DNA from: a virus
Reading direction: 5' to 3' (one strand)
Length of the DNA stretch: 64,000 bases
Virus record (IMG/VR): IMGVR_UViG_3300008110_000034
Coordinates: 64,001 to 128,000 of that record
Shown here: positions 9,772-23,700 of the stretch, one piece after another
Numbering within the stretch: the stretch's first letter is position 1
Layout: the number at the start of each line of letters is the position of its first letter
The notes under the pieces: model-generated
Told to the model about the DNA's origin: nothing
Seen by the model: the letters and a program-made list of their open reading frames with translations, nothing else
The model's database searches: none
Program-made: the position numbers and the translations under genes

Positions 9772-11691
9772 TCAAACGCTACTTGTTAGGTTAGTTACAA
9801 AGGACCAAGCATGTTTTTCGGCAGTTCCTACGACTGAAAATGATCCTTGATCTGTGCCCAGATTACTGTAGGTAAATGAGCTTGGGCCAGTTACTGTAAT
9901 ACTTGTTAAGGCACTAAATGTAGTGTCTGTTGAACAAACAATATCAATTACATTTCCAGTGCTGTATCCATGAGGACTACCAACTGTAATTGTTGCTAAA
10001 TTTGTCGCTCTAGCAGCAGTCGATAATGCAACTGTTGCAGAAGCAGTAACTTGAAATTTCTTTAAAAATCTAGATACAGGATTAATATTATCATCTAAAG
10101 TGCAGTGTACTCTAGCTACAGCACCGACTCGAAATTCATCTTCGGGATAAATGTCATGACAGACTAATGCAATACTGTCATCAGTTGGTGCCGGTAAATC
10201 TGTAATATCTAATGAAAACCCTACAGGTCTAGTATCAACATAAGATCTGTTTGCTGCATCAGTTTGACTTACTGGAGCTGTTACATTCTTAATTAAACTA
10301 GAATTAACATCAACTGATCCTGATCCATTTGGACTAATAATAATATTGCCGTTTGTATCTGTAGAACTTACAGTATTTCCGTTAATGTTTATATTATCAA
10401 TGTTAAGTTGTGCTAGAGTTCCTAAAGAAGTTAAACTTGAACTAACTACAGATGGGCCTAATGTGGTAGAACTTAAAATTAAAGAATTGTCAATTCTGTA
10501 TTCTGTTCCGGTAGGAATATTAATAGTTTGAGATAGTTCCCAAGCATCATTTGACAAGTTGTATAATATAGTTTTGTCTGTTGCTCCGACTAAAATTATT
10601 CCGCCACCGTCGGCACTTAAATCAGTCTGAGCAGTACTATCGCCCAATGCAGGACGATTCAATTCAATATTTTTATCTTCTGAAGTGATAACTGTAGTAT
10701 TCATTGTAACAGTTTCACCTTCGACAATTAAGTCGCCTGTAATTCTTGCATCACCGGTTACATCAAGATTATATTCTGGGTATTCGTTAAAGATACCAAC
10801 TCGACCTTCTAATGTTTCAATTTTTAAAGCAGATATCGGGCCACCGCCCCGTAATGCTTTAATACTAAACCCTTGATTGATCGCATTACTAGAGATTTCA
10901 AATATTGTATCATCTACATATATTTGGCTTTCGTCTGCTTCTCCTAACTTTAAAGGAGTAGAGTTTTGAATAGTTATTGTACCTATTGTCCCAGTGTCTT
11001 GATAGGTTGTCATAAAATTAGACACGGATCTAACTGTACCATTTTCATCAACTAAATTTTCTGCTGCTGAAGCAGTTACATAAAACTTAGGAGAAATAGT
11101 TCCAGGATTGAACCCTTTTCTAATTGTATTTGAAATACCGTTAGTGGAAGGATATCCAGGTATAATTTTCTTTGGTGTGAATTCTGAAGTGTCTTTACTA
11201 AAAATTCCTAATAATATTTGTGCGCACCAGAGATAAACTAAAGTTCTACTTGTTTCAGTTGTATCTAAAATTGTTTCAACTGTAAATCCTGAAAGACCTT
11301 GACTACTTTTATATACTGGTCCAGCTAATACTAAATCTGACCCATCATAAAAATACATTTGATTATCAGTTGGGTTAATCCAAATGTCGCCTTGAGCTAG
11401 TGCAGGTTGTGTAGAACTGACTGTTGAACCGCCAGCTGCTTTAAATCTAGAACCATCATATACTTTTAATTTGTTTACGCTAGTATCGAACCACAACTGT
11501 CCTGTTATTTTGTTCGATGGTTCAGTAGTAGATGCAAAATTTTCTAATAGTTTTAAAAAATTCTCATTGATATATTCACCGTAGCCGGAAACATTTTTAC
11601 CAATTAAGGTAAGATCTGTAGTTTGATCAATGGTTCCATCTATAATTTGAGTAATCTCTACATTTTCTGTGTTATTAATTTTATAGGTCAT
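9772..11691 (-). CDS. Tail fibre / baseplate-attached fibre protein
   Basis: N-terminal DGTIDQTTDLTLIGKNVSGYGEYINENFLKLLENFA...GQLWFD; beta-rich Thr/Ser body. Confidence 0.7.
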   Translation of the reverse strand: MTYKINNTENVEITQIIDGTIDQTTDLTLIGKNVSGYGEYINENFLKLLENFASTTEPSNKITGQLWFDTSVNKLKVYDGSRFKAAGGSTVSSTQPALAQGDIWINPTDNQMYFYDGSDLVLAGPVYKSSQGLSGFTVETILDTTETSRTLVYLWCAQILLGIFSKDTSEFTPKKIIPGYPSTNGISNTIRKGFNPGTISPKFYVTASAAENLVDENGTVRSVSNFMTTYQDTGTIGTITIQNSTPLKLGEADESQIYVDDTIFEISSNAINQGFSIKALRGGGPISALKIETLEGRVGIFNEYPEYNLDVTGDARITGDLIVEGETVTMNTTVITSEDKNIELNRPALGDSTAQTDLSADGGGIILVGATDKTILYNLSNDAWELSQTINIPTGTEYRIDNSLILSSTTLGPSVVSSSLTSLGTLAQLNIDNININGNTVSSTDTNGNIIISPNGSGSVDVNSSLIKNVTAPVSQTDAANRSYVDTRPVGFSLDITDLPAPTDDSIALVCHDIYPEDEFRVGAVARVHCTLDDNINPVSRFLKKFQVTASATVALSTAARATNLATITVGSPHGYSTGNVIDIVCSTDTTFSALTSITVTGPSSFTYSNLGTDQGSFSVVGTAEKHAWSFVTNLTSSV

Positions 11692-14036
11692 GCAATTACC
11701 CCAGTAAAGATTATGTAGTTAATTGTTGTAAATGGGTTAGTGACATCAATTGGTTGTCCTAACGAGCCTGTTGTGTCAATTCCGCCACTGTTTGTTAAGT
11801 ATTGTGCTTGCAAAGGTGCAGTGCCTCCTAATCCCGATATCGCATCAAGATCCGGTGGAGTTCCAGCAACTTGTCTTACAGCATAATATTGATTTCCTGC
11901 ACCACCTTTTAGATTGTGGCTATGCTGTGGAAGTTGGCTTACAGCTATCGAAACCTCCGGATTACCACTTGATTTTCCAATAGTTGTACTAAACGGAGTT
12001 TCGACACTACCATCAATGATAGGTCTAGCTCCAGAAAATCCTGTTATTGGTAACGTTACTGTTACAAATATTACTGCCGGTGACACCGGAGTTGGTAATG
12101 AAGGTATACCTGATCCAACAACAAGTGCCCCGGTAAATGTACCTTCAGTGAACTCTGTTCCTTTGGCATTAAGAACTACCGATGTTACCTGTCCAAGAGA
12201 ATTTACTATCACATCAACAGTTAATCCTACGCCGTCTCCGCCGCTAATTTGAACATTAGTATAAGTTGTTGATACTGCTGCGTAACCATCGCCCGGATCG
12301 TCTATCACAAAATCAAACTGAGTAGATCTAGTAATAAAGGTCTGATTGTCCATACTATCTCTACCTAGTGCGAATCTTCCTCGCATATCCGGTAAGGCAA
12401 ATGTATTGATACCAATTAAAAGAGTTTGTTCTTTATATTTGTATCCAATGACTGCAAATAAATCAGGATAAGCACCAATGGTTATCTCGCTACCGTCGCA
12501 AAATAAATATCCGCTTGGAGGAGTTTCTCCAGCATATGGTAGAATAGTTCCGGCTGGTATAATAGGAACATTGTTTAGAAGATTTGCTTTAGTTACTTTT
12601 CTTAAACCCGTATTAGGTCTGTGTATTAATAGTTCATCAGTAAACTCGGAACTAAAAATTTCAGTTTTATTTGTTACAAGGTTTTGGCTTAATGTTGCTT
12701 GGAATTGTACATTCCCTCCAACAGTCTCGCCATTAAACGCAATAGCAGGAGCTGAAATATCCCCTGTGATACTAAAGTTAGTAGTACCAACTAACCTAAT
12801 AGCCGAAGTTGCTGTTCCAGTTAAACTACCGGTCACGGGACCTATAAATTCTCCTGAATATACTTTATCAGCATAGACATTCCTCCATGCTTTTCCGCCA
12901 GATACTGACGGATTAGTTCCTAAATCATAAGAACTATCTAAGTTTGGTATAATACTATTTGAGGTAATTTGCCCAGCAACACTAAGATTTTCTCCTACTG
13001 TTACTGATTTTTCTACGCTTATGCCGCCAGCGGTTGCAATAGATAATGCGCCCGTTCCTGATACAGTTAAGCTATTACTAATCTTAGCTGATCCTGTTAC
13101 ATCTAATTCTGTATCAGGAGATAAATTATTAATTCCAACTCTAGGACCTGTTGCTAAAATTCTTAATGCAACTGAATCTGTTCCGCCGTTATTAACTACA
13201 AAGTCAATACTTGATCCAGATGTTTTGTGATATATCTTTGCTGATCCAGCAGTATCTGTACTAATAGATGTAGATGCATTTGCTCCTACACTAATGCCTC
13301 CATCATTTCTAACAGAAAAAGAATAGTTAGTATAGGATGCTACATCTGACCGCAAAAAATTCGCCGCTGGTATAATCTTATTAGATACTACTAGCCCGTC
13401 AGCTGCTTCCGCTGTTCCCCAAAGTTTATTAGTTTCAGTGTTATCGTTAAAGTTTAAAGCAGAAACATTAATACCTTGTTTTATTTCTGTAAACCCAAGA
13501 ATTGCTGCCTTAGGTGAAAATCTATCTTTACTAATGATTGCTACACGATTACCGTTTGAAAACATTGTAACAACATTATAATCTTGGCCATCTTTACCTG
13601 TTATTGTTTCGCCTTCAGCACCAGTCTTATTGACTTCGTTAAAGTTTGGTCCTATTAATGCCCAAGATGAACCGTTGTATAGGTACAACTGTTGATTTTC
13701 AGTATCAACCCATAAATCGCCTGGACGTCCTGAGGTCGGAGTTGCGCTTGCTCTAAAAATATTTCCAGCAGGAACAAAATTTTCTCCATCAAAAACTTGT
13801 AATTGTTGGGTGCTAGGACTTGCATCAAACCAAAGTTGTCCGGTAACTGGGTTTTCTGGCTGGGCGTTGCTGGCAAAATTTTCTAATAAGTGTAAGAAGT
13901 TTTCAGCTATGTCAACACCGTAAGAGGTAGTATTCCTTCCGGTAAATTTTATACTAGTGGAGTTATCCCCAATCTGGTCTTGTACCTGTATTGGTTCCTT
14001 GTTAGTATCAGTGTAATTAACTAGGTAGTATCCCAT
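11688..14036 (-). CDS. Tail fibre with phage tail-collar domain (likely start MGYY at 14036)
   Basis: Collar motif IPAGTILPYAGETPPSGYLFCDG...YPDLFAVIG...FALPDMRGRF; C-terminal HSH...NPFTTINYIIFTG; RBS GAGGTG at 14041-14046. Confidence 0.8.
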   Translation of the reverse strand: MGYYLVNYTDTNKEPIQVQDQIGDNSTSIKFTGRNTTSYGVDIAENFLHLLENFASNAQPENPVTGQLWFDASPSTQQLQVFDGENFVPAGNIFRASATPTSGRPGDLWVDTENQQLYLYNGSSWALIGPNFNEVNKTGAEGETITGKDGQDYNVVTMFSNGNRVAIISKDRFSPKAAILGFTEIKQGINVSALNFNDNTETNKLWGTAEAADGLVVSNKIIPAANFLRSDVASYTNYSFSVRNDGGISVGANASTSISTDTAGSAKIYHKTSGSSIDFVVNNGGTDSVALRILATGPRVGINNLSPDTELDVTGSAKISNSLTVSGTGALSIATAGGISVEKSVTVGENLSVAGQITSNSIIPNLDSSYDLGTNPSVSGGKAWRNVYADKVYSGEFIGPVTGSLTGTATSAIRLVGTTNFSITGDISAPAIAFNGETVGGNVQFQATLSQNLVTNKTEIFSSEFTDELLIHRPNTGLRKVTKANLLNNVPIIPAGTILPYAGETPPSGYLFCDGSEITIGAYPDLFAVIGYKYKEQTLLIGINTFALPDMRGRFALGRDSMDNQTFITRSTQFDFVIDDPGDGYAAVSTTYTNVQISGGDGVGLTVDVIVNSLGQVTSVVLNAKGTEFTEGTFTGALVVGSGIPSLPTPVSPAVIFVTVTLPITGFSGARPIIDGSVETPFSTTIGKSSGNPEVSIAVSQLPQHSHNLKGGAGNQYYAVRQVAGTPPDLDAISGLGGTAPLQAQYLTNSGGIDTTGSLGQPIDVTNPFTTINYIIFTGVIA

Positions 14037-14037
14037 A

Positions 14038-14646
14038 TTACACCTCACTTAAACCAGTTAGACTTTGAATTCTAACGGTGTAGTCTACTTGAATTACCCT
14101 ATTCAGTGATTTCTGTACGGGATGGAATATTACGTGAGTTAACAATCTTCCAGTACCTGTTGCACTGTACGCTCTAAGACCAAGTTCATCAAAAACGAAA
14201 TCTCCGTTATTATTCGACGTATTATCAAATGCTTCTTGTCCGGCTGGCTCACCGTAATCTAAAAAACAAGTTACAAAAACATCTGTATAATTAGTTCCTG
14301 TAACATGTCTAGTCTCGACCCTATTTCTCGTAGGGTCTATATTTGTTCTTTGTCTATCGTTAACGACTTTAGAGAATTTTTCATTATACAAAGTTGCATT
14401 AGTGCCTGTTGAATTTGGTGTCAAATATGTAATAATTCCGGTAGGATCAATTGTAGTTCCCCCGTTACCAAATACCATTTCTTGTATAAATCCTTGCCCT
14501 TCGTTCGCAATACTTTCAGCAAGGGCAATGCTAATGTTTTCATAATGAATAGCATTTCTTTTATTCACAACGATTTCGCCCGTGTCTGGGTGCCATATTT
14601 TTATATGGCCTTCTATATGTAATCCTGAATGATCTTTACCTTGCAT
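14038..14646 (-). CDS. Virion structural protein (baseplate/fibre connector-like)
   Basis: Lies between the giant wedge gene and the fibres; FDELGL...HPVQKSLNRVIQVDYTVRI. Confidence 0.55.
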   Translation of the reverse strand: MQGKDHSGLHIEGHIKIWHPDTGEIVVNKRNAIHYENISIALAESIANEGQGFIQEMVFGNGGTTIDPTGIITYLTPNSTGTNATLYNEKFSKVVNDRQRTNIDPTRNRVETRHVTGTNYTDVFVTCFLDYGEPAGQEAFDNTSNNNGDFVFDELGLRAYSATGTGRLLTHVIFHPVQKSLNRVIQVDYTVRIQSLTGLSEV

Positions 14647-14665
14647 AATAATCTCGCTAATAAAT

Positions 14666-14673
14666 TATTTATC
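14666..14673 (-). promoter_or_regulatory. T4-like late promoter (GATAAATA)
   Basis: TATTTATC on the + strand, ~20 nt upstream of the ATG at 14646. Confidence 0.6.
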
Positions 14674-14721
14674 AACACGCATAATACACTATTTTAATAA
14701 CATATCTGTTATTTTTTAAGA

Positions 14722-17700
14722 TTATGGTGTTTTATTAGGCCATGCTCCTTCGTATCTTTTTAAAAATTTTGCTATTGGAGTATTAGAGAACGATAAGGAT
14801 TTCCCTGGCTCATTCCAAATCTTCCCTTGTCGTTTAACTATACTAATCTTAGTTCCAATACTTGGAATTTCGCTTAACAATACACCCTTTGTAGTGCCAT
14901 CGACTGCAAAATCTGCATCAAATTCAACATCTGCTCCAGGACTTTCGGGTCCGTTATCTAAGCAGTGTACTTCATAAGGATGTTTCTTTAATCTTCTGTT
15001 TCCAGTAAAGAATTTCCACTTATCTGAATCATTAAAAAAGCTATCAGAGCTTATATGATCGCTTGTACATCTATAGTTATAGCTACCATAAATTACAATA
15101 TCTCCTAAATTGTAACTTGTATCTGATGTCCAATCTCCCATTACTAGCCAACCCCCGACAAACACTTCAACATCATCGCACTGTCCAAACTGTGTTGGGG
15201 TTGATGATCGGCGCCATCCAGTATATAAAGTACTTCCGTCGGCTACGGTTCCTGATGTTAATGCTGGAGTAAACTCTAACGGTACTAATTTAGTGCTACC
15301 GTCGCTATAATGATTTTCTATAATTAACTCATCATTATAAGGAATAGTTTCTGAAAAACTAATATCTTGTACAAGCATACCAAAACTATGTAATGTAGGT
15401 ACACCTGTACCTAAAGTTCCTCTTCTTAACTGACCTAGAATATTTCCATTTTTATAAAGATATTCTATACGTTCTCCGTTAATTTCAATAATTCCTGGAA
15501 TATTTTTTAAACTTAATGGATCTGCTAACACACTTCCATTAGTAACTTCAATTTCTGAATCATAATAATTTAATTCTCTTGCTAAGGAAGTTTGCTTGTC
15601 AGAGCGTAATCTCTTATAATGCACCCTATTTAAAATATCTTTAAATTGCATGTAACTAATTGCTTGCTCAGTTACTTGATCATTGAATACTATAATCTCA
15701 ACTATATCGCTAGATATTAGATCTTCAGACAGCATTATTGATTGTTTTAAAGGATGTAAAGAATAATCTACACTATGAGTTAATAATTTTCTATTCTTAG
15801 TTACCCATACATAATCGTCTGAAGACACTGGTGCCTTTAAAGAAAACATACCGGCAGTATTTTTCTTAAATTCATAATAGTCTGCAGACATTGGAACTAT
15901 TGTACCTTGGGATTCTAATTTGTTATTTGTTCTTTCTACATTAAGGATATCATGATTGTAGTATGTAATAACTTCAACCTCAGTACCTGTTGGATATGAC
16001 TCTGTAAGTATTAAGTTAGTTACGCCACCACTGTCAATTTCAATTCTGTAATCAGCATCAGTTAAAATTGCAATAGATAGCACTGTTCCTTCGACATACG
16101 AAGAACTTAACAATGTAACCGATATTCCTGCACCATTAAAAGTATAATCAATCACAGGAGATAGCAGCTTACCATCAACATACACTGATAAATTAGAGAC
16201 AGTTAATGTACTTGGAGTTAACTGATATTGAGGAATATTGTAAGTTAACTGACCTCCACTTAATGTAAAATAAAATGTTCTAGGAGATCTTAAAACTTCT
16301 TGTCCTACTCTTACAATTGAATTTCTTCCAAACGGTAATTTTTTACCTATAGGAATAGTAAGAGTATAACTAAACACTTCTTCTTCTGCTTCAAAAGATT
16401 CAGATCGAATAATTGACATCTTATCAAGTACTGGTGTTCCTTCGATAATAGGAGTAATTGCATAGGTAATCACAGAATCTAATTCAGGCGGTGCTGCAAA
16501 TTTTATTCCTAATTTACCTATACTAGATTCTCCATATGATTCATCAGTTTCAAATAAAACATAGTCTATTGCTTCGCCGTTAACTAGAACGAATCCTTCA
16601 AAATTACTTGACCAAGATGCTCTAGTTATGAATTCTGTCGAAACACCGTCAGCTATAAAATAATCTAAATCAACTACATTAGATGAATTTAATCCAAAAG
16701 ATGTAATGTTAACTATCTGTGTATTAGACGCTGCTGCTGTTAACTTAACTTCATTTAGTTTCCAATCGTACTGATAATCAACACCTCTGGTTAAAATTTG
16801 ATCGTCCAATTTTACAATTAATACAGCATTTCCATTTGGAATCTGATCAAGGGTAAAACTAGATGTTGAATTGTCTCCTTTGTAATTTTTAGAGATAATT
16901 TTTGCAGACCCGCTTGTTGGTCTATTATAAACTTTAATTGCTACAGTGTCAGAAATATGTCCTGGTACAACTTCTTCGGGTGCCGAACTTGACGTTGGTG
17001 TAACGAATCCGTCACCGTCAATAATAATATCATCTGCATTTAACCCTGTAGCAGATGAATAATCAATTGGTCCTCCGTCAAGACGTATGTCATAGTTAGT
17101 TTCTAAAGGTTTATAGCTGCCATCGCTTGTTGATCGTCTTACAATAACAATATCATTGCTGTTAATTGTAATTTTATCTTCGGGGATCACCACTGTTTGA
17201 TTTACTCCGTCTCCTACAAATGTAGCCATTACTGCATCAGGGTATCCAGGAATAGGAACACCTTCATAATCATAGTTGTCGATTCTAACAGGCGGCAAAT
17301 AACCGTTCACAGACCTTAGGTCCTCAGGATCGTACCTACTAATATAAACGTTAATTTCTTCATTTAATGCAGGAACATAATCTAAAACTACTTCATAATT
17401 CGCACCGGTATAGACATAATCATCAAAAGAATCATCAAATGTGTCCCACGGAATTGTCATCCAAGGTAAGTTATCCCAGCCGTATTGTATATTGAAATCA
17501 AGACCAACTATGTTTACGCCACCGTAGTCAACGCCTGTCATTAATTGACTTAGTTGCTTACCTAATTGAGCAGTCTGAGGATCGTAATAAAAATTAATTC
17601 TATCCGCAGCATTAAGATGTATAGATGATTTATTATATCTAATAACTACAGTTGCACCTTTTGTTGGCGGAGTTTCAAAAATTACAGATCCGTAGTACTG

Positions 17701-20700
17701 TGTAAATCCATTTATTTGTGTATTCTTAACAACTAATCTATAATCATCTCTTAATATTTCAACATTATTAATTGTAATTAAAGTTTTCCCAACCTCAGTA
17801 TTTGGTGCCCATTTTAGATCAAATTGTAATCTCTTTCCTGTTACTTGAATGTCGCCAGAGAATGTTTCTGTTTCAAGAATACTAGTTACTGCATATGTTC
17901 TAGTTGTTCTATCAAATCTCATTTTAATCATAGAACTTCTAACGACACCATTTTCAATAATTGCTACAGCTCTAGCATAATTGTCTGATAAGGCTGTTCC
18001 TCCAGAAAGAGTTACAATTGGTGCTTTAAGGAATCTAGTTCCGGAATTTATTATTCGAATTTTAGACACCTGTCCGTTTGAAATAAATGCTTTTGCTGAT
18101 GCTTTTACTCCATAACTATCTTCTATAATAACGGTTGGGGCTGTTATATATCCAGAACCTCCATCTACGATTTCAATCGAACTTAGTGTAAATCCAACAT
18201 TATCATACCAATGTTTCCACGGATATTCCGATAATACACTAGTACCACTAATCTCTGTTACAGGAGGAACCGCATTTACGGTCTCAGAAACCCTAACATT
18301 TACTGGAATAATTGTATCCTGATTACTAATAGTAGATTGTAAATCAAAGTCTGTTAGACTTAACGGAGTATTTTGAACTGTATTATATGTACTGATAAAT
18401 TCTCTAATTTTAGTTCTATAAGGTTTAACTTCATTAATATAATCTTCAAAATTATCTAAGTTATCATTATTGTAGGTAACTTTTTGTTTTAAACTACCTA
18501 CATTATGTTTTGCCTTTACAAAACTAGTTTTAAATACCCAATCAACTAATGTTTGCTCCGATAGTACATATCTAATACTTGAGAAGAACAGTTTTAAATA
18601 TTCAACTCTTAATGTATCGACAAAAATTTTATCTTTAAAAGAATTTAAAATTACTCTTAATTCGACTGAGGCAAATTCATCGTACCCGTCAGAATCAAAT
18701 AAACTTCCATCGTAGCCAACACCACCTTCTTTATATTTGTAAAGATTATCTTTAAATTGTATAGTTCCTTGATAACGACCAACGACACTATAACTTTGAG
18801 TATAATCAACACTTGTACTATCTGCATATTTTTCAAGGATTATCCAGCCGCCTGATCCTATATTGTTAACTTTAACTGTGTCTCCAATTTTGGTTTTAAG
18901 TAATGGTAGCTGATAAGTACCGTCTACTGCATAATCTACTTTAGTAAATTGGTTGTAACCTGTAGCATAATAATCAATATAATCCCAATATTGAGTTACA
19001 TCGTATGTTTGAGTTTTTGCTCTAAACCAGGAAACATTATCCCACTGATAAATGCTCCATCGATTAAGAGCAGCAGAATCACTATTAACAAGTACGCTAT
19101 AATATCTTACTGTTAATCGTGTACCATCTGAATATCCTTGTCCAGGATTATTAATTAAAACTTCAGTAATTTGGCCTTTTGAGTTTATTACTGGTAGTAT
19201 ATCTGCATTTTTTCCTGATCCGTATATTTTAATAGACGGTGCAGTTGTATATCCATATCCAGAATTACTAATAACTACTTCAGTAATTCGTCCATCAGTA
19301 ATAACAGGAGTTAATATTGCCTGGCGGAGACTATCAGTATTAATAAATCTTAATTCTAATTCTGTATCGATAACTCTATCGTAAAGTCTAGAAACAGACG
19401 AGGGCTTTGGTTCAGTCATTAACAAATCGCTCAAGTCATAATCATCTGCTATTAGATTTTTAGCTAGTACAGAATTTGCACGTTCAAATAGTTGTTTTAA
19501 TGCTTCTAATCTATTAACAAACATACTCTGTCTTGGCCTAGATTCAATACCATATCGTAATTTAATAGGTAAATTTAAATCCGGTAGAGGTCTATCATTA
19601 GCATCCTTGCCTACTAAACTGTAAAACCATTTTTCTTCAATCTCTTTAGGAATAGATGTATTCTCGTTTTCAGAAATAATTTTCCACTGATAATGTGAAT
19701 TGTTATCTGTCTTATCAATTATCCAATACTGGAAATTTAGATTTACATCATTATTCTCAAGTAATGATTTAAAATTATAAAGATTTATACTGTTCTTTGA
19801 TAAGAAAGAAACAAACTGATATCCCTGAGCTTTTGGATCTGAAATTAAATTTGCAACATCAGTAGCACTGATATTTCTTCCTGCTACTGATGGCACTGTA
19901 ACTTTGTTTTTAACCCAAAAATAGTAAGTGTTCTTAAATGTTTTTGAAATACTATCGTATCGTTTCTTAATACTGTAGGCATTATCGCCGTATAAACTTT
20001 GACCGCTTATTCCTTGACTTAAACCGGATTCAGTATCTGCAATATCGTCCCATGCAGATGGTAAAATCTTTGATTCTACCCATTCGTAGATATCAATACT
20101 TGCATTTTTATGCAAGGTATTCCATGTGCTTGATCTGTATATTAGGTCTTCAACATAGCTGTCTAAAAATTTTGCGTTGGTTAAGTCCCACCATAATACG
20201 CCAACCTGTTCCGACGTCCAGTCTAAACCTTCATCTACGTTTAAGTCGTTATTACTATAAGAATAGATCGCAGGATCAAAATAGGTTTTAAATTTAATTT
20301 CTTGATCAGCAGGTCCGGCAATCTTTCCTTGCACAGGATCTATTACGTCTAGGTAATTTAATAATGTATTTGTTCTTGAATTATAAACGAATAATTTTTT
20401 AATTTTTTCAACGTCTACTACTGCAGACTCTTGATAAAGTTTTTTCCAACTGTATTGAGTTTTTAGTTTTTTAAATGAATATACAATTCCTGTATTTTCA
20501 ACGTAGCTATCGTCATACTCTGGTGCCGAAACTAGTATAGTACTATCGGCTACCGCAATACTTTCTCCGTATTTTAGTAAGGAAGAATCATTAAACGTTA
20601 AACTTTCTCCATATATGAAGTTAGTATAATACTTGTCAAATATATCTATTCTTCCGTTATCTAGAATAACAGTGCTGCCGTCTTGGAAGGTGTCGCCTTT

Positions 20701-23700
20701 CTTACTAAACACTAATAGTGTTTTATCATCATTCATGAATTCAATAGTTGACCCAAATCTTTCGTCAATCTCATCACTGATACTACGAATAGTTTGAGCT
20801 TTTTCATAGGTTTCGCTAGTTAAATCATAGACAAATATTTTTCCGTTGTTGGAAGCGCCTACTATGTCTGTAATTCCAATGGCTAGAGAATCTCCAGTAC
20901 TGCTTAATGCTACACTGGCACCAAATCTTGTGTTTGCTTCAAGATCGCCTGTTGCCGGTTCTAATACTGGTAAAATAAGATCGTAGCTATTGCCATTATA
21001 CTGATATACAAATACCTTGTCTGCATTAGGGGCTGATATCGCTAAACGATCCCCTGAGGAAGAAAAATCAAAATCATAAGCAAACTTATCAGAAGCAGGG
21101 CTAGTGTCCTCAATGTTTAATACATCGTTGGGGAAATATCCTAATATATTTTTATCAGTTACTACTGTCCATTGATCAATATCAAATGCACCGGCAGATA
21201 AATCCTCAATTGCTTCATATATACTTTGATTATAAAATACTAAATCTCCCTGGTAATACTCAATTAAACTGCTAAAGGCGCCACGATACCTTCTATCATA
21301 ATCCATGTGCCACTCAATGCCGCTATCGTCACTTACGTTAGAGTATCTATACAGATATAATTTTCCAGATAGAGGACTTGTTATACCAAGAATATACTCT
21401 CCATTAGACTGAGAGAACTTCATCTTTGTACCAAATTCTTCGTTGTTTAATACAGGATGAGGGCTAGTAAATGATGTTACTACTCTGTATGTTCCATCAG
21501 CAATTCTTTTGTATAAAACAACCAATCCTTGACCAACATAGCCAGAAGGTGTTCCTGATTTAGTTGCTTCGATTAATCTTGCGGGAGTCCAGTCTTGAGC
21601 AAATTGATCAATAGTTGATGTTTCAGCATCTAATAAGTTAGTTGCAGCTTGCCAATGAACATTTCCAACTCGAACAATGTCGTTTTCATTATAATTTGCT
21701 GTTGAATTATAATTGCCGCGGTAAGTTGTTTTAATGTTAGAAGCACGAGGAGCAGCAATAGCTAACCACTCTGCATCTTCTGACATTGCCAATTTAGTTC
21801 CAAAGCCGCTATTTGTAAAATCTGCTATAGGACCTAAGGCTGACACAGTAAGTTCTTGTAGTCTTCCCCAAGTTCCATTGAATACATTGTATATTAATAC
21901 TTTATTTTGTTCTGTTCCTACAGCCAAAGTAGTTCCAAGCTTGTTTGTAGCTAGGGCAATACCAAATTTTTCTTCGGTTCTTGGCTCATCATTTTTTAAT
22001 TCTACTTTAGCATATACTGGAGAATTTTTCCAAACTGCCCAGTTGTTAGACTGTTCATTTGAATCTGCCCATATCAGTTCTCCGGCTTTAATATTTGTAG
22101 ATAAAATTTCATTAGCTAAATCAATACTTTCAAGTCTCTGACTAACAAAAATCAATTCTCTAGTTGCGCCTGATAATCCTTGAAAGTTTGGAATTTCTTT
22201 TTCTACAACTATAGTATCGTCTATTAGATCAGACACTGTATAAAATCCGTCAGCGTCGCCTGACGATTGTAATCCAAATACATCCCCAATAGATAAATTA
22301 GGAGTTATATCACATTCAAATGTTAAGATTCCGTTGTCATATGTTGCACCTATAATAGTAAATGGTGCTCGAGTAATTCTATAAACATTCCAATAATCGC
22401 CGCCTGCATTTAATGTTTCAAAGGCGCACCAAATGTAATCTCCTATTGAAAATTCATTTGGATTTTGATCTAAAAGGTCAAGTAAAGAATCAACACTAAG
22501 TGTTACGTCGTCGTATCTTACATACCCTGGAGTTCTTAAAAATCTTGTTTTATGAGATCTTATTGGCCAAGGATTACTAGAATAATTAACTGTTCTAACA
22601 ACAAGGTCTGTTGGCACTTGTCTGTAAACAGAGTCAACAATATTAGAATCAATAGAATTAACAAATTCAATTGGCTGTGGATTAATTTTAAAATTATCTT
22701 CTTTTAGTTTAATTTCAATTTCATCAAACGCTGCACTTGCACCGTATTCTCCTACTCTAACAGCCCATTCTTCATCAAACACAAGACTATCTTGGTCGTT
22801 TGCACTTAAAACGTCAAACAGTTTGTTTAAAACATTCTTTGTGCCCTTCTCAATAATCATACCTTGATAAAACTTATACTGACTTACGTCGTCTCGAATA
22901 ATATTTTCAAGGTACTGTCTATTTTGATATCCAATTAAATGTTGCGCTACTTTTTGTTGGCCTGCATCAAAATTATCTGTGTCTAAATCATAGAAATCAG
23001 TAAACTGTTCTGCTTTATAATCCCAGTTAGGAATTAACCTAGGTGTAGGTTTTTCTAATAGTAGCTTCCACTCATTACTATTAAACAGTTCTACTCCGGG
23101 AATAAATTTGTTTGCACTATAATAAAATTCTTTAAACTTTACAATTGTTCCTAACGAGTAATCTGTCCAAGGCTCCCAATCTTTAATTACTGCTTCATCA
23201 TAGATAAATCCTGGAATACTAAATCCGCCTGTCCAGCTTTGAGTAAGGTAGCCGTTTATTTTAATTCTTTCTTGACGATACCCTGGTTCTAAATCATAGA
23301 TAACATCATTAAACATTGTTCTATTATCTATAACAACTACATGTTCTTTTTGTATTAGATAAAAAGTAGCTGAATAAATTCCGTGGCTAGTGTTTGCAGG
23401 ACTTACTGAATAATTGTTATCTGTTCTATAAATGCTTGTTAGATCAGGATCTAATTTTTGCCCGTCAACTCTTAAAATGTTATATCCGTAAAAACTATCT
23501 TTAATATCATTAACTACTGAAAACTCAGTATTAAGAGTAATTTTTTCTGCTGCAGGACTTAGAGAGATAACTGCTCCAGTTTTCCATTTCTGAGTAGCCC
23601 AGAACATAAATTCTTTTAAGCTGGTGTTCCAATTAGAAATACTTTCAGTGTTAGTATTAAAGTCGTCAAATACAAATCCTTGGTCTTCTAAATAGATACC

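Noticed and set aside
8248-14036. Diversity-generating retroelement acting on fibre tips
   Set aside because: No reverse transcriptase in the window, and no template/variable repeat pair differing at adenines was seen.
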